In this document: positions 54,726 through 64,000 of the stretch, one piece after another
Position numbering within the stretch: the first letter of the stretch is position 1
How the letters are laid out: every line of letters begins with the position of its first letter
Origin: Diplonema japonicum
Taxonomy: Eukaryota > Protista > Euglenozoa: Diplonemea
NCBI GenBank assembly: GCA_964019335.1
Contig: OZ025688.1
Coordinates: 496,001 to 560,000 of the forward strand
DNA: 64,000 nt
Direction of reading: 5' to 3'
The notes under the pieces: model-generated
The model's input: the letters and a program-made list of their open reading frames with translations, nothing else
Database searches by the model: none
What the model was told of the DNA's origin: nothing
Program-made: the position numbers and the translations under genes

Positions 54726-57700
54726 CGAAAGATAGAAAGAGAAGTGAGATCATGGAAAAAACAAGAAAAAAAAAGAAGAAATGAAAAGAAATACACCACA
54801 CCGCACCGATAGCGAAATAACAGCTTCAATCAAATCAAAAATTATGTGTCCCTTGCTACCCTTCGTCATGGTTTTTTATGGATGGGAGTGGGGGGGGGGA
54901 GAAAAAAGGAGGGGGGACAAAGAAAAAAACAAAGAAAAAGCACCAAAAGTTCTTTTGTGGCAAAGAAACAGCTCTTTTTTTACTGTTGTATTTTTTATGT
55001 ACCATCAAATCAATTTCCTGCTTTTTTTTTTAGAAGTGAAAAAAAGAAGCACAATAAAAAAAAAAGTAAACTTGAGTCGTAGCTTAGCATTTCTACAAAT
55101 TGTATTTTTTTTTTTTTTTTTTTTTAAGTTTAGTATTGAAAAAAGTTGGCTGTCTTTGTCAAAATTGACTTGGCGGGGATTTTCTTTTTTGTCCCTTCCA
55201 AAAGGTCCTTTCCCCCTGCCTCCCTTCGTAGGAAATGGTGTCCCCAACCCAAATGTAACAATTTCCCCCCTACTTTTTCAGGGGCAGCAAGACCTGTAGC
55301 CATGTCTAGGTGTGTGATGACACCTCCCCTTAAGCGAATCATTTCAGGAAAGTCTGTGTTCTGGTGACCGCCACAAGTTGACACTCCAATTGTGTCGCGT
55401 GACTACAAATACCCCGCACCCCAATGTCTTCATGGTACACTTTGGAGCAAGACTGTGGTGGTCATGCAGAGTGCAGTTGCCTTAAAGCACCTTGATGCTA
55501 AAAAGATCGAGTTTTTTTTCTTCTTTTTTTTTTCCACCTGTTTTTTTGAAACAAGAAGAAATTCACTCCCACCACTACAACTACTCTGCAATTGAAACAA
55601 AAAGAAAAAAGAAAACAAGGGCATGCATTGCTAGCTAACAAAAAGAGAGTAAATACCGCTCGTTACTTTACAGAAGAGAAAATGTGTGAAAGTTTGCAAT
55701 CTAATGGCTGCAGTTGGGGAAAGGGGGGGGGGGGGGGGGGAGGGGAAATGAAAGAAAATTCACTCCCCCCCCCACGCACTATTCAGTTATTGTAGTCCCC
55801 CCATCGCCTTGTAGTTGGTGTAGGTGTAACTATTTTACTTATTTAGAATAAAAAAGAAATACTGTAAACAGCTGACTTGGACCGATTACTAATGAATTGG
55901 TTTACAGTCCGAGGGGGGAGGAAAAAAAAAAGAAAAGAAACAGGAAAAGAAAAAGGAATGAGCTATGTGCAAATGGCTTTTTTTTTTTTGATACTCATTT
56001 CCTCTTCCTGTGACCAACGACAGACACCCCGCAGTGAAGAAAAATAAAAAGAGCGGTAAAATCGACAGTTCTGTTTTGTTCTTTTATTTCCTTTAAAATA
56101 CATTAAAAATGAGTTTTCTCTCTCTCTTTTTTTTTCTTTTCCCCAATTCCCCTCCTTTTTGTCCCTTTTTTACTCTTCTTACCCCTCCCGCACACTTCTA
56201 TTCTGCTATGTGTTTTTCTTGTTTATTTTTTTTTTTATTATCCAATGAAAGTTTTTTTTCCCCTCTCCCTTTCTCCCCTATATTATCTAGTAAGAGAAAA
56301 AAAGAAGGAAAAAAAAAATCAAATATTTTCCCCTCGCCTTTTGTTTGTAAGCAAGAGGGGGGGGAAGCGAATCTAAGAGAACTTTTTTTTAATTTACCGT
56401 CCCTTATGTTTTTATTTTTTGTGTCAAATATTTAAGGTTTGTGTTGTTGCTTTTTTCTTGTTTTTTTTCTCTCTCACCCCACACCCCCCTCCCCGTGCAG
56501 AGCCCTTACGCGGCAACAGAGTACTGTGGACACTTGACTAGACGCGGCTTGAAATAAGTTGCCAGCTGCCTGTGGCAAGAGTGTCCGTATTAGAAAAGAA
56601 TAATTTAAAAATTTAATTTTCTTATGTAATTTGCGCCAGCAAAAAAAAAAAAAAAAAGAACAGGAGATGCGAAGAAGAGAAATCTAAAGAAAGATAGGTT
56701 TTTCTTTGTAATTTCTTTTTTTTTTTTTTAATACTTCTATCATTACATTTTTTTATTCTCAGGCAATTTTTTTTTTGGCAGGCGTCGTCGTCTAAGCTTC
56801 TCCCACATCTCCTTCACTTCACGGTGAATTCTTCTTTTTTTATTTTTAAAAATAAAAAATATCATCCTTGAGGGAACGAACAACAAAAAAGAAAGCGAAT
56901 GACCTCCCCTCGTTATTTTCTTTTTTCTCTTTCTTTTTGGGGGAAAAAGCCAAAAAAAAAATAAAAATAAAAAAAAAGAGAATTTTTATATGTCCCCCCT
57001 ATAAGAGTTCTTTTTTTCTGCCTGGAGAAATTTTGAATTAAATCAAAGTATATTTTAGTGGTGACCAAGGTTACCCCCCCCCCTTTTTTTCCTTATATTA
57101 TCAGTCCCTCTTCCCCTTCTGACCTGAGGTCAGATCGTTTCTTAAGCAAGTCGAAAGCACCCGACATGACGAGTGACACCAACTAGAATACATATTTTTA
57201 TAAGAACCCCTTGAAGAAAAATCCCTCACTCCACCTTGCACATGCATGGGAGAACGCCTTTGTCCCATAAGGCACAGATCACCTGAAAATGAAAATCAGG
57301 CTCCCGTGTTTGGATACTTGGAGAGGGAAAAACAAGGGAAGAAAAGGAAGAAATAAAACCAAGGGAAGAAAAGCCCCCTTCCCCTCCCCTCCCCTCCCTC
57401 TCTTCCGTCCTTTGTTAGGCAAGAACCAATAGTTATCTTTTTATATTGTTCAAAAAGATACTTCAAAATAACAAAATTACGCTCCCCCCCCCCCCCCCCC
57501 CACCTTTGCCCTCTTTTGCTTCCTTTTTTTTGTGAAAAAAAGAAAGAGAGGTCAGGGAGTGGGGGAGGGAGAGAGAAAAAAATAAATTTGCAAAGGGGGG
57601 TTTCCAGCACCTGCGGGATATTACTGAGCTAAGAACTGGGCATGGTGTTTAATGAAATCTGCCTATAAGTTAGTATATTAAGAGGCTGCATTCAGGGGGG

Positions 57701-58265
57701 TAAAGGTTGAAAAGATATCCTTATTCACCGCTTAATACACTACACAAAAAAAAATAAATAAATAAAGGTATCGTGTACATATTATAAATTGGGGGCCCAG
57801 CAAGCGAGATTAAGGGGAAATATTTTTCTTTTTTTTTTTTTTTCCACTTCCCCTTATCCTTTCGTCCCTTAGTTTGAGACCTTTTAATTTACCCATCCCC
57901 ACCCACCCCCTTCCCGCCATGTTACTTTTCCAATGGCTGCGGCGATTTTTTTTAAAAAAAAGTATAATGCAGACCGCCCGTGATATTGGCATTCTTGAAG
58001 GGGAAACAGCCAACAACTTATAGCCACCATTTTGGTGGCAATAGGGAGCAGGGTGGTTTTTTTTATATGTTTTTTTTTTTAATTAGGGGCGGTCCTCAAG
58101 TGGGATTTGCCCTTAAACATCGCCCCCTTTTTTTTTATTTTCAAATACTGTAAAACCAACAGTAGATTTTAAAAAAAAAGAAGCTTTCCATCACCTTTTT
58201 TACCCCCCCTTTTCTTTATACTTTCCGTTTTTATATCTTTATTCGGGGGGGGCATCTTTGTATGA

Positions 58266-58303
<38 letters not shown>

Positions 58304-59289
58304 GCGGTTTATCTCTCCAAAGTGTTTTGACACTCAAGACGTGTGCTGCCAACCATTGGGCTGGGTTGGAAGGGGAGTCTTCGTACGCCCCTGCGGTGCA
58401 GCATCTCGGTGCTTCTACCGCCGGCCTCCAATATCTCCGTGAGAGCACTTCAAAGGAATGAGATAGCTTTTGGCTTTCAACTCCTGAGGCTTGCGAACAC
58501 TTGAACAGATATGAAGCGTTGATTATTCGTTAAGTTTTTCAATTTCCAAGCTTTCTTTACCTCTCCACTTTTACTTTCTACGGGACCACAGGGGACTTGG
58601 GAGGCTTCGGGGCGAAGTTTCACAACGGTGGCCGCTGTGTCACATACTGCATGGCACCACTAAAATCGAGACAACTTTTTCTCTTTTTATTTTCTTGTGT
58701 CCCTCCCGCACTCCCCCCCCCGTAAATAGACTCTCACCATAAAAGAATGTCAATGGCCAATGTGAGTTTTTTACCAAAAAATACACAGAAACTATAATTT
58801 TTTTGTTTCATTATCCCCCTTTTTCGGGGGGGTTTTTTTTTTCTCCGGACGATTCAGTTAAACCGAATAGTTTTTTTTTTTGAATTTGTGCTTTGAACTC
58901 AACTTTTAGTAAAGTGAGTTTTCAGGACTGTGTTTTTTATTTTTTTATTTTCTTGATTTGTCCTGTAAAAAAAAGTTTTCTTTTTTTAAATGTTAGATTG
59001 CCTCATACCATTGGCTACCTTGCCTACGGAGTGTAGCTACAAAAAGAAAAAAGAACTTTTTATCAGAAAAATATTATCTGAAAAATATTTTTTATCTGTA
59101 GTCACGAGCAGCACCTCCAACGCTGTAGTGTTGTTTTTATTTGTTTTGGTTTTCCCTCCCTCGGGTAAGTTCTCCCATGGGTGTCTATTCAGGAATTTTT
59201 TTCTCAAATAAAAAATAGTCCTGTTCACCATTTGACGTACTTTTTTCAGGTGGTGGGGATAACATGAAAATATAAGAAAAACATCAGAT

Positions 59290-59570
59290 GTGTTGTTCGC
59301 TGTTGACCTCCTCGTCGGTCATCACCGGTAGCGCCCGAGTGGAAGAACATAATGCAGATGCTCAGGGTGACGAACAGGCAGCAAACTGCACGAGCGCAGA
59401 ATCTTGGTTACCCGGGACGCACCGGCTGGGTTGAGCTGTACACCGCACGCATTAAGGACACGACGCGGAACGCAGAAGAAGCTACAACTCGGCCGCGGCG
59501 CGCCCCCTGTAATAAAGTAGACAGTTCTTGTGCAGGGCGCCGCCAACACCGGCCTCCTTTAACTCATATA
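59290..59570. repeat. Dispersed repeat family A, longest copy
   Basis: Collinear with 1817-2001; its 3' end recurs at 59975-60012. Confidence 0.85.
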
Positions 59571-59974
59571 TTCTTTATCATTTTGTTCGGATTTGCTGAA
59601 TAAGAGCCCTTTGGACAACGATTGGCTTCGCAGGTGAGTCTTTGCACAGAAATAGAACACGAAAAAGGAAGTCCGAGTTTTTTTTTTTAACTACAATTTT
59701 TAAAAATAATATCTATACATTTCCTGATGTGATTTTTCCGGTGGTAAAAGAAAAAGAAAAAAAAGGAAAATCCCCATTCTTATCTTAACCTGGTCTGCTG
59801 GTTGAGGTAAACTTCTTTGCACGAACGAGAGTGTGGGGATTCAAGGAAGCTCTTTTGTCATTTGGAGGAAAAAAAAGGAAAGTCAAAAATATATAAATTA
59901 AATTAAAAGAGAGAAAAAAGAAAAGTCTCTCTACGACACTCCTCCCCATTATTTGATTTTTTTTTTTTTGCAAG

Positions 59975-60012
59975 CAGAGCGCCGCCAACACCGGCCTCCT
60001 TTAACTCATATA
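59975..60012. repeat. Dispersed repeat family A, 3'-end fragment
   Basis: GCGCCGCCAACACCGGCCTCCTTTAACTCATATA is identical to 59537-59570. Confidence 0.8.
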
Positions 60013-60818
60013 TATATTTTTTTGCATTGGAGGTTGTCACTCAACAGCTGTCCTTTGCACATCCATTCTTCCTCTCTTTTTTTCTCGCACCGAAATCGCA
60101 CAACGAGGGCACATTCCTAACTTCATTATTCAAATATCGTGGCATTTCCCCCCTCCATTTTTTTTTCCTTTTTTTTTTTTGCATTCTCTTTTTACATTTC
60201 TCCTTTCTTTTTTTCCTTCTTTTTTCTTTTGGCGCTTTAAAAAAAAAAAGAATTAAAGATTTTTTTTTAAAAAAACGGCTTATGCACACCCTCCCCCTTC
60301 CCCCATTCCCACTTCTTTCTTTTCCCCTCCCCTTGTCTCGGGGGAGGGAAAAAATGGACTCTTGTTGTCATTTTTTTTATGACCCAGGTTTTTTATCTAC
60401 GATGTGAACATAGAGAAAAGTAGGCTACTCTATGTGAAATAGATTCTGGACTGGAAGAAGAGTGGGAAAAGAAAAGAGAGAGTTTTTTTGTATGCTGCCA
60501 GCCGGGCAAAGGAATAGGAAAGGAAGGAAAAAAAGAGGTTCCCCCCCTTTTTTTGAGAATTACTACTTTTTCTGTCGTCTTTTATTTCCTCCTTACCCTC
60601 CTTCCCTAATGTTGCTGTGGGCTGTGCACATAGTATGTTGGCAATGCGCTACGATTCCTTAAGACACACAGTCGGTCGGGAGTAGCAGCTAGTGCCACAA
60701 GAAATCTAGCAACAAGTGTCCTTCAGGTGCTGCGGGTGGCACCGCTTTGCTGCGGGTTGCACCTGCAACACAATAACGTTTTTTTTTTTTGTTTTGTTTT
60801 GTTTTCTTTTTTTTTTAA

Positions 60819-61539
60819 CCATTAAACCCACATGTCATATATATATGACATAAAAAAAAAAAAAAGAAAAAATCTCTAGGCCTTTTGGTCAAATTATGAC
60901 CTTTCTTTCACTTTTCTGTCGCCATTGCGCGATTTTTTCCACTTTGTTTGGCTAAATGCTGCCCTTTTTCAGCACTATTTTAAGAATTTGAGAGGTCGAA
61001 AATCCGGGAAAAAAATGATTTGAGAATGAAGAATAATCGACTGGAGCAGAGGGCTGGTCGTGAGTGATGAAGAATGCAAAGAAATGTCAGACTCTCCAGC
61101 TTTTTTATTCGTTTTTTACACCATACACCCTCCGATGCCTGACAGCATTCACAAACAACCACCTAGAGCGCCGCAAAATCGACAAAAGAGTCACGGAAGC
61201 CGAAATCAGAGCGTTTCTGGGCCTATGGGTGTTAATGGACCTCACCACCCGTCCCAACTTCCGTGACTACCGGAAAACCGATCCTGACTCCATTATGCTT
61301 ACTCAGGGGTTTGCGCGCGTCATGTCCGGAAACCGGTTTGCCCAAACCAAAAAGGGTGTTGGGTCAAAAATCATAAGTTCAAAAGCCAGTTCAGGGGAAC
61401 CCTGATACCTGAATGTCTCCAGAGGTCATTTCTCCATAAAAAGAACACTTTGTATGGTTAAATGCTGTCATTTTTTTGAATTTTTTGGAATCGCCTCAAA
61501 AATGAGCTTTTTTCGGTTTTTTGCCTGTGGGCTTAATGG
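60819..61539 (+). mobile_element. Internally deleted non-autonomous piggyBac transposon, 721 bp
   Basis: TTAA at 60815-18 and 61540-43; 14-bp TIRs CCATTAAACCCACA / TGTGGGCTTAATGG (one mismatch); subterminal palindrome TGTCATATATATATGACA. Internal ORF fragment VTEAEIRAFLGLWVLM...RDY..TD...FARVMSGNRF matches the piggyBac transposase N-terminal region. Confidence 0.9.
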
Positions 61540-62534
61540 TTAATACTTTATTTTTTTTCCCTGCCGAACGATTCTACTTTTTTTTTTCTTCCTTCTTTTT
61601 CTCTTTTCTCAGAGTGCTTTACTATTTTTTTTTTTGTGAAGACGTTGCACACGTCTTAATCCCCCATTTCCTGTTTTTCTTTTTTGTTCACCCCAATGTT
61701 TTCCCCTTTCTATCTTTAAAAAAAGCCACCTTTTCTTTGCCATGCCTTTGCCCCATGTTGCATCTGTTATGCTGTGGCCGTAAAACGGGCCTCTTGCATT
61801 TGTTTTTTTTTATTGTTTGTGGTATGGGGGTGTCAAGGACAGGAAAGTGAACGAAAGGTACTCCATACATGGCTAGCCTCTAAGATGGCCTTTTTTTACT
61901 AGTATATTTATAGCTTTGCTGGTATAGCTACCTTCAAGTACAACCAAACACTGGGCAGTGCAATGGGTGGGATTTTGTAGCCTCCTATCGTAGTGTGTTC
62001 CATAAAAGTGTTTCACCGCAGCACTGCCCTTTTCTTTTTTCTTCTCCTTCTCCCCCCATTCTTTTTTTTCGCCAAGGAAAAGAAATTAGAAAGAAGAACA
62101 GTGAGAGGGGCAGCGTGTGCTGCTCCTGTCACGCGAACCGGCTTTGTGTATGGAAGGCCAGTGCCTTTCAAAGAAACAATATAATAATTAAAGAAAAAAA
62201 ATGAATGTCTAGTAAACTAGTAAAGAACACGGGTGTGTGCAGTGGTATAATTTACGTGCACACATTCACACCCCTCGCCCCTGTTCTTTCTTGTGTCATA
62301 TCGAAAGGATCTCCTGCCCCCCCCTCTCTTTTTAACCCCCTGCGTGCAGTCACCAGTCTTTCAGAGCTCAGCTTCCTTGTGCATGGAGCAGACGTACAAC
62401 TTCAGCAAAGACTGGTGATGTGCAGAATTGTCTCTTTTTTGCTTGTGTGCACTTGAGAGTTTCCCTATTCTTCGTGTGCCTTTAGTTTTATTATTCCTGG
62501 ATTCAGTTTTCACCCCCTCAGCTACACAGGTACC

Positions 62535-63947
62535 ATGCGCCCACATACGAAGATGATAGTGCTCATGTGCACGTTAATATTCGGCATTCTCTTTCTGCGC
62601 GAAGAAGACTGCAGCACAACGTTAGCAAAGCTAAATGATGACTACGACAAACGGGAGAAAGCGATCTTAGAGAAAGGCGTAAAAACATTGAACAGCTACC
62701 TCAAGGACTTGCCTGACGAGAGCAACGAGGGAAAGCGCGGGGAGCCCAAACACGAGGAGCCTAAGCATGAAGATCCTAAGCATGAAGAGCCTAAGCATGA
62801 AGAGCCTAAGCATGAAGAGCCTAAGCATGAAGAGCCTAAGCATGAAGAGCCTAAGCATGAAGAGCCTAAGCATGAAGAGCCTAAGCATGAAGAGCCTAAG
62901 CATGAAGAGCCCAAGCACGAGGAGCAGGTCGAGAGTAGCATACCAGGCGTAACGCTGGCTGCTGAGAAGAAGTTTGATGCAGACATGCGCCAGAAGTGGA
63001 AGGCATCGGCAGGGCTTTACAAGGATAAGAGCAGGCACCGTGAGTTGGAGAATGTAGTGATGGTGACGATGGTGAACAATGCGTATGAAAAGATGTTCAA
63101 CAACTGGAAGTGCCAGGCAGACAAGTTCGGGCTCGACTTCCTGGTGCTTGCGTTTGATAGCAAAGCGATCTCCTTTATGGGAGACGACAAAACTGTGGTG
63201 TTGCCCGGGAGCGACACAGAAGAGCAGATTCGTGTGAACACCAACAGGTTCAACGTGATGGGGTGCCAGAAGGTGGACGCTGTCATCAAGCTGCTGGAGA
63301 TCGGTGCAGATGTCATTGTCATCGACGCGGACTGCGTCTTCAAGAAGGAGCCAGTGAAGTTCTTCAAAGAAGCCATGCAGCACGACTTCTATTTCCAGTC
63401 GAACCACCCCGACTGCCGCACTTTGGATTCAGCAAACCCCGACCCTGCTTGTTTCCTAATCAACTCTGGATTTTACTATGTAACAGGAAAGAACAAAGCG
63501 ATGATTGAGCTCCTGAAGAAGGCACGCAAGAGTTGCTACGAACATGCTGATGTGAAAAACGTGTCGCCGACTGACGGTGCTGGGGATCAGCGTGCTCTGC
63601 AAAGAATGCTCAACAACGAGCTCAACATCCCTACACATTACTATGGTGCTTGGGACTCGCACTTGAAGACAGTGCCAGCCCCGTGGCGCCAGGCATACGC
63701 TCTGAACACCTCATCGTTGTTCAAGTCTGCTTCCTTCTGCACACACGAACACGACCAGAGGCTCCCTAAGCCGGTGTTTCACTACTGTACACTGGACCCG
63801 ACTATATATCCAGCTGGGAAGCACAAGGGGATTGTTCATGATGAGATGGTGGCCTTCCATGCCAACCATCTGCCGGGGGGCATCGAGGCGAAGATACGCC
63901 AGCTAACAAAACATCGTCTTTGGAACGGTGGTGAGAAGTGTGAGTAA
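62535..63947 (+). CDS. Type II membrane nucleotide-diphospho-sugar transferase (GT77-like) with PKHEE repeat stem
   Basis: Signal anchor; VTMVNNAY..MFNNW, LLEIGADVIVIDAD (DxD), INSGFYY, DQRAL, FHANH...KIRQL...LW. Confidence 0.85.
   Translation: MRPHTKMIVLMCTLIFGILFLREEDCSTTLAKLNDDYDKREKAILEKGVKTLNSYLKDLPDESNEGKRGEPKHEEPKHEDPKHEEPKHEEPKHEEPKHEEPKHEEPKHEEPKHEEPKHEEPKHEEPKHEEQVESSIPGVTLAAEKKFDADMRQKWKASAGLYKDKSRHRELENVVMVTMVNNAYEKMFNNWKCQADKFGLDFLVLAFDSKAISFMGDDKTVVLPGSDTEEQIRVNTNRFNVMGCQKVDAVIKLLEIGADVIVIDADCVFKKEPVKFFKEAMQHDFYFQSNHPDCRTLDSANPDPACFLINSGFYYVTGKNKAMIELLKKARKSCYEHADVKNVSPTDGAGDQRALQRMLNNELNIPTHYYGAWDSHLKTVPAPWRQAYALNTSSLFKSASFCTHEHDQRLPKPVFHYCTLDPTIYPAGKHKGIVHDEMVAFHANHLPGGIEAKIRQLTKHRLWNGGEKCE
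62745..62924 (+). repeat. Coding minisatellite, 12 x 15 nt (CCTAAGCATGAAGAG; PKHEE)
   Basis: Directly visible tandem array; terminal units use different synonymous codons. Confidence 0.95.
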
Positions 63948-64000
63948 AAAAAAAAAAGTGTGGAGCTAACCTGCATTGTTTGCGGTGATAATAATCAGAA

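Noticed and set aside
57118-57134. Short palindromes (TCTGACCTGAGGTCAGA; also GCCACCATTTTGGTGGC at ~58023)
   Set aside because: Isolated 7-8 bp inverted repeats are expected by chance in 64 kb.
54781-62456. Many Phe/Lys-rich short ORFs (also at 1624-2584, 23534-24258, 40958-42411)
   Set aside because: Artefacts of poly-T and poly-A runs.
62745-62924. CRISPR-like array (also 735-819)
   Set aside because: Tandem units without unique spacers, in a eukaryotic context.

Overview
Eukaryotic nuclear DNA from a gene-dense protist. About 29 protein-coding genes all lie on the + strand, several only 38-70 nt apart. Many start codons have a pyrimidine tract and YACAG motif just upstream, and I reconstructed 19 short (30-61 nt) GT-AG introns, 14 of them starting GTATG. 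Together these suggest polycistronic transcription with SL trans-splicing plus cis-splicing, i.e. a euglenozoan, probably diplonemid-like (inference). Recognisable genes: an intron-containing bacterial-type SufS, BORCS8, mitochondrial uL29m/MRPL47, calpain-7/PalB, copine-WW, PHO80-type cyclin, a kinesin-ARM-calpain III fusion, DMC1, a calmodulin-like protein and two glycosyltransferases. The standout is 37047-40259, a very divergent telomerase-like reverse transcriptase. It has the T, A, B', C, D and E motifs, but also an N-terminal CCCH zinc finger, an EF-hand-like insertion, no FYxTE and almost no IFD. Mobile DNA comprises the right end of a decayed pogo/Tc2-like transposon, a 721-bp deleted piggyBac with intact TIRs and TTAA sites, and two dispersed repeat families. 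Several ~100-230 nt intergenic islands contain nested helices and are candidate unknown structured RNAs. No rRNA, tRNA, snRNA, SL RNA, telomerase-RNA template or CRISPR was recognised. All gene models and folds were done by eye.
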